41,822 nucleotides of DNA from a virus (IMGVR_UViG_3300030098_003679:1-41822); one strand, 5' to 3'. Counted from the stretch's first letter, positions 21,153 to 30,887 are shown. Made by a program: numbers and translations. Notes: generated from the letters alone by a model not told the origin.

Positions 21153-21341
21153 TTAATTTCCTGTTAATTTCATAGCTATTTTATGAGCTTCAGTAAAAGT
21201 TCTTCCGCTTATAATAGCTTGTACCATTATTTTTATATGATTAGGGCTATGATGAACAGAGTGATTTTTCATAGCAGCCTGCTCTCTTGGTTTTAACATT
21301 CCTATATCTACACCTTTTATTTTCACTATTTTTCCTTCCAT
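21153..21341 (-). CDS. Hypothetical protein (62 aa, His-rich HSVHHSPNH)
   Basis: Fills the operon gap and overlaps the MscS-like gene. Confidence 0.65.
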   Translation of the reverse strand: MEGKIVKIKGVDIGMLKPREQAAMKNHSVHHSPNHIKIMVQAIISGRTFTEAHKIAMKLTGN

Positions 21342-21691
21342 TTACTTAAGTCTAACATTTGTAGCGGCTTTTCTATCATCTGGTCTTTTAGCTTATCATT
21401 TTGTATTTGTATCTTAGTGCCACCTTTAACATAAGGTTCACCATTAGCCATACCTATATCATAAGCAAAGAACGTCGTCTTCCACATGCCCACTCGTACT
21501 ATTCTGGCAGGTCGACCATTCAATATCACAACATCGTCCGTGTTCAGGTCCTTCCCCAAGAATACTTTTATACTCTCTACCAGTGACTCTATAGTCGATT
21601 TGACTAGTAATAGAGCCACGCCAGATAGGACGAAGTACATTATATAACCTAATATACCTTCTGCTTGACTTTGTAGTTGTTCTTCGTTCAT
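21326..21691 (-). CDS. Minimal MscS-like (small mechanosensitive channel-like) membrane protein (121 aa)
   Basis: One TM helix, then LNTDDVVILNGRPARIVRVGMWKTTF...IQIQNDKL, matching the MscS beta-domain pattern (GDxIxixGxxGxVxxIglxxT...ipN). Confidence 0.65.
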   Translation of the reverse strand: MNEEQLQSQAEGILGYIMYFVLSGVALLLVKSTIESLVESIKVFLGKDLNTDDVVILNGRPARIVRVGMWKTTFFAYDIGMANGEPYVKGGTKIQIQNDKLKDQMIEKPLQMLDLSKWKEK

Positions 21692-21693
21692 TT

Positions 21694-22473
21694 TTAGTTA
21701 CCATCTATATATTTACCCCACACTGAGGTTTTGCCATCAATTATCTCTACTACTTCAACCTTGAAATCGCCATTAACAAACCAATCAACTATAGCGAATG
21801 CATGGTTCCAATTGTGCAGGTTACCTCTTAACCATTTATTCTTATCAGAACTCATATCTTTTAAGCAACCCATACTCCAAGCACTTTGAGTTCCACCTAA
21901 ACCAGTATCAGTAAATCTCTGTAAATCATGTGTATGTCCATACATGATATTTTCTTTATAAGAAGATAGATGCTTTTTAGCATGGTGTATAGGCACGTAA
22001 TCTCCATGAGTGAAGTTTAATTTACCTATCTTTAACTTCTTATGAGAAATGTATTCCCAGTACTTATATTTACGCTCTTTTAATCTTAGAGCTTTCTTTG
22101 TTTCATACTGAGGAAGATAAGGATGTTTAGTAACAAACTTATCAAGCCATACTTCATGATTTCCTTGGATAAAATGCCTTTGTTTACACTTAGCTTTGTC
22201 TAAGGAGGCATCTATAATATCCATACCATCATTCACTAACTCTACTTCTCTATCTAACATAGGTATTAACACCTCTAAAGGTGGTTTTTCCCTATCTTTC
22301 CAGTAATGAGAGCTAAACATCTCCCATTCTCCTGTATCACCTAAATCTATATAAATTTTAGGCTTTACTAACTCTATTGCTTTGCAGACTACTTTTATTG
22401 CTCTTTCATCTGCTAGTGGAAAGTGCTTATCTGGAGTGACAATAGCACGTTTCACTACGCCTTTTTTTCTCAT
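21694..22473 (-). CDS. Calcineurin-like metallophosphoesterase (259 aa)
   Basis: All five motifs are present in order: PDKH, LGD, GNHE, THG, GHTH. Confidence 0.9.
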   Translation of the reverse strand: MRKKGVVKRAIVTPDKHFPLADERAIKVVCKAIELVKPKIYIDLGDTGEWEMFSSHYWKDREKPPLEVLIPMLDREVELVNDGMDIIDASLDKAKCKQRHFIQGNHEVWLDKFVTKHPYLPQYETKKALRLKERKYKYWEYISHKKLKIGKLNFTHGDYVPIHHAKKHLSSYKENIMYGHTHDLQRFTDTGLGGTQSAWSMGCLKDMSSDKNKWLRGNLHNWNHAFAIVDWFVNGDFKVEVVEIIDGKTSVWGKYIDGN

Positions 22474-22481
22474 TTAATCCC

Positions 22482-22862
22482 CTAACTGAACTCTGTTTTA
22501 GGTTGATATCCCCAGTCATCGGGCACTGTGTATGTATCTTTAACTTTCTCTAGCAATTCATTTGTAGTTTTCTTATCAAACTTCAAATACCTTTCATCGC
22601 ATTTCATACATTGCCACATCAAAACTCCAGGAGTTGCTCCTAGTACTTCTATTCCTAAAACAGCCTCGCTATTACAGCAAGGACATTCATCAGGTTTTTT
22701 GGAGAAATGATTAGTACCTATAATACCAACTTTAGAAACCATGTCTTTTTTATCTGGGAAACATACTAAATCGCCACATATGGTAAGCAATGGCTCACTT
22801 CCATGTGGCGAAACATCACTAGGCATAACAAACTTTATATCTTGCTTTTTACTGTCGCCCAT
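22482..22862 (-). CDS. Zn-ribbon protein (126 aa)
   Basis: CPCC...CMKC cysteine pairs. Confidence 0.65.
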   Translation of the reverse strand: MGDSKKQDIKFVMPSDVSPHGSEPLLTICGDLVCFPDKKDMVSKVGIIGTNHFSKKPDECPCCNSEAVLGIEVLGATPGVLMWQCMKCDERYLKFDKKTTNELLEKVKDTYTVPDDWGYQPKTEFS

Positions 22863-22984
22863 ATCTTATCATCTAACTTATTCTTAGTTGACTTCACTAA
22901 GTGGTCACCTAAAGCAATAAACATTTGTTTTTTCATCTTAGGTGTGAATACCATCTTTAGCAGTTTAGATATCATTACTTTCAT
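22835..22984 (-). CDS. Small amphipathic protein (49 aa, MKVMISKLLKMVF...LVKSTKNKLDDKIWATVKSKI), absent from the ORF track
   Basis: AGGAG SD and ATG at 22984. STxNxLDD motif of a type I recall in small phage lysis-region proteins. Confidence 0.7.
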   Translation of the reverse strand: MKVMISKLLKMVFTPKMKKQMFIALGDHLVKSTKNKLDDKIWATVKSKI

Positions 22985-22992
22985 CTGTTCTC

Positions 22993-23238
22993 CTATTTAT
23001 TAAATAACCAAGTTATCAAGGCACCAAATATGCCTAGAATAACACTTCCCATGCCAAATATTTTAGAGATAGCACTTTCGTTCTTTCTAACTCTTCCATT
23101 TTGCTCTCTCAATAAAGTTCTTTGGTCTACCAAAGTTTCCTTTATATGTCTGACATCATGTTTTAAGACAGTCAAAGTTGTAACCATCTCCTGTCTATAC
23201 TTATCTATATCAAAGTCTTTACTTGGTTTCTTTGACAT
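22993..23238 (-). CDS. Holin-like/XhlA-like membrane protein (81 aa)
   Basis: Coiled coil (…LREQNGRVRKNE) followed by a single C-terminal TM helix. Confidence 0.6.
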   Translation of the reverse strand: MSKKPSKDFDIDKYRQEMVTTLTVLKHDVRHIKETLVDQRTLLREQNGRVRKNESAISKIFGMGSVILGIFGALITWLFNK

Positions 23239-23362
23239 CTTTCTTTGATTCCTTTTCTTCTTCCATCATACTCTCTAGAACTTCTATAGCACCCTGACAT
23301 TTAATGAAAAGCTCCTTAGCAGCTTCCTGTTGCTTTTTAAGTTCTTGTATCTTTTCTTCCAT
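23219..23362 (-). CDS. Small coiled-coil protein, possible fibre assembly chaperone (47 aa, MEEKIQELKKQQEAAKELFIKCQGAIEVLESMM...), absent from the ORF track
   Basis: GGAGG SD and ATG at 23362, directly downstream of a fibre-like gene. Confidence 0.7.
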   Translation of the reverse strand: MEEKIQELKKQQEAAKELFIKCQGAIEVLESMMEEEKESKKDVKETK

Positions 23363-23383
23363 CTTACCTCCGTATTATAAATC

Positions 23384-24859
23384 TTATGATGCTGCCATGC
23401 CAAGGTTAGCTTGACTATCAACTCCACCACCTATATAGTTCCATAAACTTCCATCAGATACAAATATATATACTCCATTAGATTCCATTACATCGTAACT
23501 TGCATGTATACCTCTAACTAAAGCTGTTCCTTCAGTTCCATGGAATGTTAGTTTTTCACCGCCTGTATTATTTACAATTATTATCTGACCAGCTGTACCT
23601 GTTCCTCCAAATCTAATTCCTGTTCTAGCTCCACCATTAGCATCTATATTAACACATGTTGCTGTTACAGGGATAGAACCGTCATCTGCAAGATTATTTA
23701 CACTAGTTCTTGTAGCAATAGTTGCTCCAGCTGATGTAATACCTCCAGTAATCGTCAAATCGCCACTAGTTGATAATTTCAACATTGTATTAGTAGCAAC
23801 AGCACTGCCTGTTCCTATATGGAAAGTATTGTCTGTCCCATCGCTACCAGCATACCATAAACTAGATGCAGCTTCTTGGAATATCACTTTAGCATCATAG
23901 CCTGATGAAGGAGCATTTATTACAAGTTCTGCATTCACTGAACCTGTAGGCTGAACTAAACCTTGACCAATAATTTGAATTATATCACCAGTTAATTTTA
24001 TTGTTCCATTGGTTTCGTTATCTATAGTTTCATCATTACCAAAAGTTATTTTACCCCCATTAACCTCTAAATCTCCCAACATATAGCAATTTCCACTAGC
24101 ATCTATAGAGAAGTCATTGTTTAAAATAGTAGCATCAAATGTTGCATCTGTATTTATTACAAATCTATCAGCTGAATCATCGATTCCCATGATAGTCTTT
24201 AAAGTTCCATGTCCAAATACAATACTTCTGTCCGTACCATCAGCATCAGCACCAAGAGTAATTGTTCCGCTACTAGTTCCTGTTACCGTTAAGTCTCCAA
24301 CTATTGTAGCATCATCTGCTAATAATGTGATAACTGTATCGGTACTTGATTTTATATCATTACCACTAACAGTTAAATCTCCCCTTATAGCCACATGCCC
24401 ATTCGCATCAACTTCTAAATCATTAGCTCCTGAAGCTTCAAAAGTAGCGTCAGTGTTTATTGCAAAAACATCTCTACTATCATCAATTCCAATAGTAGAT
24501 TTTAAAGTAGTATGTCCAAATATAATTGTCCTATCGGCACCATCAGAATCTGGACCTATTGTTAAAAGCCTCCCAGTTAAAGTTACTGTGTTGGCGAAAA
24601 TAGCATTCTGGTCTGTATCCATTGTAATTGTGGTTTCACCTTCTGAATTTTTCAAAGTATTTCCAGTTACTTGAAGACCACCAGCTATAGTTACATTATC
24701 AGATGTATCTAAAGTTATGGTCGCTCCACCATCAGAGGCGTATATAATATTATTTCCTACTTTTAGCCCAGCTGTTGCAGTAACTAAACCTGTAACACCA
24801 AGTGTCCCTGATACTGCTTCGCTTAATCCTGCTGTACTACCTTCTCTTATTAATGACAT
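23384..24859 (-). CDS. Tail fibre-like protein with an internal duplication (491 aa)
   Basis: Repeated GDLTVxG units and two roughly 70-aa repeats. G/T/D-rich. Confidence 0.65.
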   Translation of the reverse strand: MSLIREGSTAGLSEAVSGTLGVTGLVTATAGLKVGNNIIYASDGGATITLDTSDNVTIAGGLQVTGNTLKNSEGETTITMDTDQNAIFANTVTLTGRLLTIGPDSDGADRTIIFGHTTLKSTIGIDDSRDVFAINTDATFEASGANDLEVDANGHVAIRGDLTVSGNDIKSSTDTVITLLADDATIVGDLTVTGTSSGTITLGADADGTDRSIVFGHGTLKTIMGIDDSADRFVINTDATFDATILNNDFSIDASGNCYMLGDLEVNGGKITFGNDETIDNETNGTIKLTGDIIQIIGQGLVQPTGSVNAELVINAPSSGYDAKVIFQEAASSLWYAGSDGTDNTFHIGTGSAVATNTMLKLSTSGDLTITGGITSAGATIATRTSVNNLADDGSIPVTATCVNIDANGGARTGIRFGGTGTAGQIIIVNNTGGEKLTFHGTEGTALVRGIHASYDVMESNGVYIFVSDGSLWNYIGGGVDSQANLGMAAS

Positions 24860-24867
24860 TTAATCTC

Positions 24868-25263
24868 CTAAAAATCTATTTGCTTTATAAAACCATGAGT
24901 CTGATAATTCGACCTAGCTTGTTTTCGAGCCTTTTTAACTACTTTTTCGTATTCTGCATCAAAAAATTGAGACATATCTATTTTCATATTTCGAGCATCT
25001 CTGTATCCCAAGGAAATGACCTTATTTACTAAAGCCTCATGATAACGCTTAGGTATGTCGGTATTTTCTGCAGATAAATTGTTAACAACATAATCCTCTT
25101 GAGTATCTATAGTATATATTCTTAAATCTTTTGCTTCTGAAACAGAAGCCCAGTCTGTTGTAATAGTTTCTTTTGTAGTCTGAGAATTTGCTTTTTCAAC
25201 AATACCTAACCTATCCCTACCACCTTGTCCTCTATCTATGTACCAGTATCTCTGTAAAGCCAT
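24868..25263 (-). CDS. Head-tail adaptor-like protein, C-terminal-half-like (131 aa)
   Basis: DIPKRYHEALVNKVISLGY...FDAEYEK pattern typical of podoviral adaptor C-termini. Confidence 0.6.
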   Translation of the reverse strand: MALQRYWYIDRGQGGRDRLGIVEKANSQTTKETITTDWASVSEAKDLRIYTIDTQEDYVVNNLSAENTDIPKRYHEALVNKVISLGYRDARNMKIDMSQFFDAEYEKVVKKARKQARSNYQTHGFIKQIDF

Positions 25264-25559
25264 TATTCTACCTCACTCGTATCATCATCTACTGGAGGCT
25301 TTTCTAGTAACCTCGGTATAAGAGTATCATTTAACCACACTTCTCTAACTTTTAGCACTGTAGATGTAACATCATCTCCTATATCATTTAAAGCGTAGTA
25401 TCTTTGATTAGCGACAGTTTGAATAGTATAAGTAGATTTAACTATTTCAGTTCTTTCGCAAAAGTCATCCTTAGCTCTATTTAATAATCGTATAATTTCA
25501 GTTTCGCCCATATGAGAGTGATGTTGTTGTACTAATTCTATCATTTCTTTTAATTTCAT
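25263..25559 (-). CDS. Head-tail adaptor-like protein, N-terminal-half-like (98 aa)
   Basis: MKLKEMIELV...IIRLLNRAKDDFCERT...TVANQRYYAL...VLKVREV pattern typical of adaptor N-termini. Confidence 0.6.
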   Translation of the reverse strand: MKLKEMIELVQQHHSHMGETEIIRLLNRAKDDFCERTEIVKSTYTIQTVANQRYYALNDIGDDVTSTVLKVREVWLNDTLIPRLLEKPPVDDDTSEVE

Positions 25560-26249
25560 TTAATCTGTAGCATCTCCTTCAGGATTATTAGTCAATCTTT
25601 GCATTTCAATATCGTACATTGAAGTTAAAGATTGCATTTGCGCCTGTTGCATTTGTAGCATCTCATCATCCTCTTCATCTTGAACAGTATCACTAATTAA
25701 TACTTGAAGTATGTATATAGATGCTTTTAAAGCTATTGCATGTTCTACTTCATGGGGAAGCCCGTCTATACTTTCCAATGTGTACATTGCAATGTTACTC
25801 GGATATTCAATATAATATACAAGAGCATTCTCCGTTCCTGAAGAAATAGTAGGCAAGACTTTTAAATAATTATAATCAGAATTAATAGAATCTATTGTAT
25901 ATACAGGAGAATGATTCGTTGGTGCGTATATGCTGTCAGAATCATCTAACTCTTTAAAGGTATCAATATCTACATATTCACAGATTCTATATACCGAATA
26001 AATTGCAACACTATTATCTGCCCTTAATACTCTTAGAATTCTTTTACCAGTTGCATCGAAAGTAGAGTCAGGATTAGTAGTAGTTATAGTCGTAGGACTT
26101 ACTGCATATTTAAGAAGGTAATCAGAAGGAAGTCTATCTATTACTTCAGCACAAGCAGTCTTAATACCTTCATTTTCAGTATTCATAGTGTTTGATTCAA
26201 AATCAAATCCAACTAAATCCTTTATTCTTTGTCCTAAATTAACAGCCAT
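25560..26249 (-). CDS. Head-tail adaptor/tail ring-like protein (229 aa)
   Basis: RILRVLR...SPVY...LKVLPT...GLPHEVEHAIALKAS. Located between head and tail genes. Confidence 0.6.
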   Translation of the reverse strand: MAVNLGQRIKDLVGFDFESNTMNTENEGIKTACAEVIDRLPSDYLLKYAVSPTTITTTNPDSTFDATGKRILRVLRADNSVAIYSVYRICEYVDIDTFKELDDSDSIYAPTNHSPVYTIDSINSDYNYLKVLPTISSGTENALVYYIEYPSNIAMYTLESIDGLPHEVEHAIALKASIYILQVLISDTVQDEEDDEMLQMQQAQMQSLTSMYDIEMQRLTNNPEGDATD

Positions 26250-26252
26250 TTA

Positions 26253-26357
26253 TTACCTTTTTAAATTCTTTTTTCTTCTAACAGTAGGCTTATTCCCATG
26301 AAAGGGGTTGCCAATACTGCTCGAATATACAACTCTTTTTGTTTTTTTAATAGACAT
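26253..26357 (-). CDS. Very small basic protein (34 aa, MSIKKTKRVVYSSSIGNPFHGNKPTVRRKKNLKR), absent from the ORF track
   Basis: ATG directly after the upstream TAA. Its TAA-TAA is followed directly by the next ATG, exactly filling the gap. Confidence 0.6.
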   Translation of the reverse strand: MSIKKTKRVVYSSSIGNPFHGNKPTVRRKKNLKR

Positions 26358-26708
26358 TTATTCTCCTGTAAATGTTGAGCTAGCAGCTAATGTCCGTGCC
26401 TCAGATTTAGTTAGCACACTAAAGTTAGGATATGACTTGCTAGCACCTAATGCTATAAGCTCACTTAATACCCCTTCCTTCATTGACCATTCACCTTTGA
26501 TAATACAATATGCTTTATCATGTGAATATCTAGGTGGACCAACTTTACCTGCAAATATAATATCATTCCATGTAGGAGCTGATTTATATGTTATAGTACC
26601 ATCATCTGCTACTGATTCCACTATTGGATATAGTGCTTTTATCTTTGCGCCTACTGCACTGCTATATGCACTGCTTGGTAAGCAAAAATACATTTCATAA
26701 TGTGCCAT
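26358..26708 (-). CDS. Hypothetical protein, possible partner/chaperone of the LamG fibre (116 aa)
   Basis: TAATG-coupled to the 996-aa LamG gene. Confidence 0.6.
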   Translation of the reverse strand: MAHYEMYFCLPSSAYSSAVGAKIKALYPIVESVADDGTITYKSAPTWNDIIFAGKVGPPRYSHDKAYCIIKGEWSMKEGVLSELIALGASKSYPNFSVLTKSEARTLAASSTFTGE

Positions 26709-29698
26709 TATTTATGACTCCTTTTTCCTGCTTTGTAATTTCTATCAATTTCATCTGTGGTTAATATTCTACTATATATCTGAAATTCATCTATATTTCC
26801 AGCTAAATAATTTCCTTGCGTTATCTCAAAACCAACATTCCAAGCATCTGTACTGAAAGAGGTTCCTGACTGAGCAGATATATCTTGAGTTATAACCGCT
26901 GAGTTATCTATATATAAAATAGCGTTTCCACTTCTATCTATATTATGATGAGCGTAATGCCATTCACCATCATCATAAGTGGAAGATGTATATACTGCTG
27001 TTACACCAAAAGGTCTTGACCTTATTTTTCCACCACCTGCATCCATTATCAAACCAGTAATATCAGAAGCTCCCATAACTCCAACTCCAACTAAATAACC
27101 TAATTCTCCATCCTCTATCTTAAACCAGCAACTATAGCTAAAATTATCTGTGCCGAATGCATGGTTTACATCAACAGTAGCATAGTCATTTTCAGCTAAA
27201 TTCAATGCATTGGTATCTTTCTGTCTATTCATTAAGAAACCTTGACAATCTCTTGAAGCATCCACTCCTGCTTGTTGTAATATGGTTTCAGACATATCAT
27301 TTGGTGTTGCATTATAAGTCGTTACAGTTGAATTTTTTAAATCTTGCCAAGAAGCAAGCCCATTATTTCTCCAATAATGTAGAAGCCTTCCATTATTTGC
27401 AAGATAAGCTGAATGCTCTAATGCATTTAAAGCCTTGCCATCATTATATAATTCATTTATATCTGATTGAGATAATACGTGATTTTTCCAATAAGAAACT
27501 TCTGTTATGCAACCATCTAGATTATAAGAACTACCTCCAACAGAACCTATATATACAGTAGTTCCATTTGATATATCAGTAGCGGCTTCACTTAAAGTTA
27601 TAGCATCCCCGTTTCTTTCACCATTAGTATAAAATTTAAATTCTCCATCTCTATCAAATGTTCCTACAACATGATGCCATTTATCTTCTGCTAAAGAAGT
27701 ACTATTAGCTATTAACCCATTATGAACAGGGGAACCGTCACCTTCTGGGTTATATTGAAGAAGTGGTGCTCCAGAAGCATTAAAATAAATAGTCCATCCA
27801 GCACTATCCGCATAGCCACCTCCATGCCTTACTAATCCTTGAGACCCTCCATTTTCTAAATTTAGGTTTATCCAAGCACTTATTGAAAAATCAGAATCTC
27901 CTGTAGTAGAGGAAACTGTTGCAGTTACATCAGAAGTTGCCCCATCAAACCAAGCCAATTGATTATAAGATTGCAATGCTGTTTGTGGTATATCAAGTTG
28001 TTGGTCTGCATCTGTCCAACCTGAAGCTGTACCTACTTCTCTTATTTGAAGTGTTTTTATTCTTATAGCATGCCCTGATGTGGCACTAAAAACATACACC
28101 GTTAAATGTAAAGCTGTAGAAGTAGCTGTAAAGGTTTGACTTACCGAATCAGTTGCTGAATTTGCATTAGAGTACTGAGTTCCTCCAGAAGATGTTCCAA
28201 GAGAAATACCTAAATCTGCATCAACAAAAGATTCAGTTTTAGCGTACATAGTTAAATCTACCTGATATGTTCTTCCTACTACAACAGTAAATTCGCCTTT
28301 CATACTACCAACTGCAAGACCACTATTTTTTATTTCCAATCCTGTAGAGCTATTATCAGTTTCAATTAAACATGTTGAGTTTGTTGCAGTAAATGCTGAA
28401 TTCGCAACTACATCATAGCCATCACCTCCTGAAAAAGCAGTTGATTCAGTAGTGAAGTCAAATTTAGTATTAGCAGTATTGTAACATTTTCCATACTGAG
28501 CATCACTATCTGTGGCTATATCTGTCATATCACCATAAAATACAGTTGTTGCATGATTTTTATTATTGACTCTATAAACCTTTATATTATTCATAGAAAA
28601 ATCAGTAGAAGTATTATCGGTAAAAAAGAAAAGTCCTCCAGTACCATTTGCTATACAATTAAGATAATAAGTATACGAATTACTTTCTGTTATAAAACCT
28701 AATGTAGTAGTTAAATCACTTCCACTTGTTCCTATTTTTAACTTAGGCCCTTGAATCTGCCCTCCATTAAAAGTTACATCAAAAGTTATTTTAAAAACAT
28801 CTCCTATAGCACAAGTTATTCCTGAATTAGTCACCATTCTTCCATTTCCAGAACTATTAACTGCAGAAGTAACGTCTAATCCAGATGAAGTAAGTGTTTC
28901 AAAAACATCTGCTCCAGTAGACCAAGAAGTAAGACTAGATGTAACATCAGCCAATCCTACATTTGAAGCATCAAGAACATATGATTGTTGTCCTCTATGT
29001 CCATCATTCATTGGATACCAGAGTTTTAGATTAGAGTTAGTTAAAGATGTGCCACCTCTATTTAAAGCTAATTGTTCAGGATTTGCATAATCAAATGCTG
29101 CATCTTCAGCTGTCCATGCTGTGTCCCATAGCTGAACATCAGACATCTTTCCTGCAAAATTTATATTATAATCTGAGCCAGTTTTTCTAGCCCCTATTAA
29201 CATTTCAGTAGAGCCTCTAAAAAAATTAGCAGCTTCTTTTGTCTCTTTAACTCCATTTATATAAAAATCAGCATTAGAAAATCCATCAGCATATGCTGCG
29301 TCAACTGCAGCTGTGTCAGTAACATCTACATTTATTACCCATACCAATCTATACCAAGTATTATCTTGCAATACAGTAGTTCCGCCAATATCATCATCAC
29401 CATCAACAGTAGAAGTGGCTATTTTGCCATCTTTTACTCCTACAGATTGCATACTTAAACAAGCGGCTCCTATAACCTGCTCATCTGAAGCATCGTCAAA
29501 TTTTGCCCAACATGCAAATGTTTTTAAAAAACTTCCAAATGCAACATTAGCTCTGCTGCTAGATACACTTAAATAATCAGTAACCCCATCAAATTCTAAA
29601 CCTCTACCTGAATATATTTGTCCATGGTTATTATTACCAGAGGCATCCTGTGCTCTCCATTTTTTTGGTGTTTCTATTGTTTGTATTGTTGCTGCCAT
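26708..29698 (-). CDS. Multi-LamG (concanavalin A-like lectin/glucanase) virion protein (996 aa)
   Basis: Three LamG-type units (FDGVTDY...FAGKMSDVQLW; FDGATSD...WHHVVGTFD...DGCITEVSYW; YSCWFK...DGEWHY...GNIDEFQIYSRILT) with intervening CBM-like beta-sandwiches. Confidence 0.85.
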   Translation of the reverse strand: MAATIQTIETPKKWRAQDASGNNNHGQIYSGRGLEFDGVTDYLSVSSSRANVAFGSFLKTFACWAKFDDASDEQVIGAACLSMQSVGVKDGKIATSTVDGDDDIGGTTVLQDNTWYRLVWVINVDVTDTAAVDAAYADGFSNADFYINGVKETKEAANFFRGSTEMLIGARKTGSDYNINFAGKMSDVQLWDTAWTAEDAAFDYANPEQLALNRGGTSLTNSNLKLWYPMNDGHRGQQSYVLDASNVGLADVTSSLTSWSTGADVFETLTSSGLDVTSAVNSSGNGRMVTNSGITCAIGDVFKITFDVTFNGGQIQGPKLKIGTSGSDLTTTLGFITESNSYTYYLNCIANGTGGLFFFTDNTSTDFSMNNIKVYRVNNKNHATTVFYGDMTDIATDSDAQYGKCYNTANTKFDFTTESTAFSGGDGYDVVANSAFTATNSTCLIETDNSSTGLEIKNSGLAVGSMKGEFTVVVGRTYQVDLTMYAKTESFVDADLGISLGTSSGGTQYSNANSATDSVSQTFTATSTALHLTVYVFSATSGHAIRIKTLQIREVGTASGWTDADQQLDIPQTALQSYNQLAWFDGATSDVTATVSSTTGDSDFSISAWINLNLENGGSQGLVRHGGGYADSAGWTIYFNASGAPLLQYNPEGDGSPVHNGLIANSTSLAEDKWHHVVGTFDRDGEFKFYTNGERNGDAITLSEAATDISNGTTVYIGSVGGSSYNLDGCITEVSYWKNHVLSQSDINELYNDGKALNALEHSAYLANNGRLLHYWRNNGLASWQDLKNSTVTTYNATPNDMSETILQQAGVDASRDCQGFLMNRQKDTNALNLAENDYATVDVNHAFGTDNFSYSCWFKIEDGELGYLVGVGVMGASDITGLIMDAGGGKIRSRPFGVTAVYTSSTYDDGEWHYAHHNIDRSGNAILYIDNSAVITQDISAQSGTSFSTDAWNVGFEITQGNYLAGNIDEFQIYSRILTTDEIDRNYKAGKRSHK

Positions 29699-30465
29699 TA
29701 TGATAAAGTCCCATTGTTTGAACCATGTGAATCATTAGCATTTGCACTAAGATTCCACCATGATACTAAATTTGTTTTCTCACTATCTGTTAAACCTGCA
29801 TAACTCTTCCACATAATTGATTTGATTTCTGCTGGAGTTAATACTTCCGAGAATATCCCTACATTACACATATAACCATCAAACTCTCCATTATGAGAAT
29901 TATTTTCATTATATGCGCCTAAATCTAATTCTATATCTGTTGTAAAAGCCCCCCAATTTGCATTACTTATATCGCTACTATTAGCTTGTGTATGGAGAGC
30001 TCCGTTTATATATAATTTAAACCCATTACTAGCACTTTCATCTTTTAAAGCAGTAATAACTATATGAGTCCAGTCCTGTGCACCGTCTGTAAAAATTGTA
30101 GAACTTGTTATACTATCTTCATCATTATTAGCACAATGACTATACTTTAACTTCCCATCAGTTAAATGGGCTAAATAAAACTTATCTTCGGTTGAACTAT
30201 TTTTTGAGCCTAAAAAAAATTCATTTGAAGCTGGTTGACCATCATTAGGCTTTACCCACATACATATTGAATGACTATCTCTAAATGTAGATTGGAATGT
30301 TGAATTTGTATCAATATAATCACTAGAACCATTAAATAATACAGCACCATCACTTACAGGCACAACTGAACCTGTATTATACCGATGTAGCATTTTTAGG
30401 TTATCTGTTATATGGGATGCTACTGGCATCCCTTGCTTTGTTAACTTACTACCTAGTCCTAACAT
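29698..30465 (-). CDS. LamG-domain virion protein (255 aa)
   Basis: FNGSSDYID...SICMWVKP...WTHIVIT...LYING...FDGYMCNVGIFSEVLT...LVSWWNL; MLGLG N-terminus. Confidence 0.85.
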   Translation of the reverse strand: MLGLGSKLTKQGMPVASHITDNLKMLHRYNTGSVVPVSDGAVLFNGSSDYIDTNSTFQSTFRDSHSICMWVKPNDGQPASNEFFLGSKNSSTEDKFYLAHLTDGKLKYSHCANNDEDSITSSTIFTDGAQDWTHIVITALKDESASNGFKLYINGALHTQANSSDISNANWGAFTTDIELDLGAYNENNSHNGEFDGYMCNVGIFSEVLTPAEIKSIMWKSYAGLTDSEKTNLVSWWNLSANANDSHGSNNGTLS

Positions 30466-30466
30466 G

Positions 30467-30826
30467 CTATCCTAAATATAGAAATGCAGAACCACTATCT
30501 AAAGCAACTGTTTTCCATCTACCATATATAGTTACACCAGCTGGTAAAGTAGTGCCGCCTATTGCATCGTCATTTGTTGAAGGGCCTGCTTGAGCTCTAG
30601 TAGACCAATTAGAATCTGCAGTTGTACCTGAACTATCTAAAACAGCATCTTCTATAATTTGTATAGCTACTACAACCATGCCATCTGGAGGTGTAACTGT
30701 AGCTGTTGTTCCACTAGCAATAAATGATACTCCATTACCGCCTAAGTCTACACCTTTTGCGGCTGGTCCTGTTTCACTTCTTGTTTGCGTTGTTCCCGCA
30801 TGTGTTATTGTTAAATTACTACTCAT
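30467..30826 (-). CDS. Small virion structural (possible capsid decoration/fibre base) protein (119 aa)
   Basis: C-terminal TLPAGVTIYGRWKTVALDSGSAFLY beta-rich module. Located right after the capsid genes. Confidence 0.55.
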   Translation of the reverse strand: MSSNLTITHAGTTQTRSETGPAAKGVDLGGNGVSFIASGTTATVTPPDGMVVVAIQIIEDAVLDSSGTTADSNWSTRAQAGPSTNDDAIGGTTLPAGVTIYGRWKTVALDSGSAFLYLG

Positions 30827-30846
30827 TTTTTCTCCATTAAATTAAT

Positions 30847-30870
30847 GTAAGGGGCCCGAAGACCCCTTAC
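30847..30870 (-). terminator. Stem-loop with a cUUCGg tetraloop downstream of the capsid genes (terminator/mRNA stabiliser)
   Basis: Minus strand reads GTAAGGGGTC-TTCG-GGCCCCTTAC, a 10-bp stem with one U-G pair, followed by ATTAATTTAAT. Confidence 0.8.
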
Positions 30871-30887
30871 GATTATATTACCACTTA

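Noticed and set aside
26324-26329. A further TATATT box as a late promoter
   Set aside because: No TTG element at the expected spacing, and it lies inside a small ORF.
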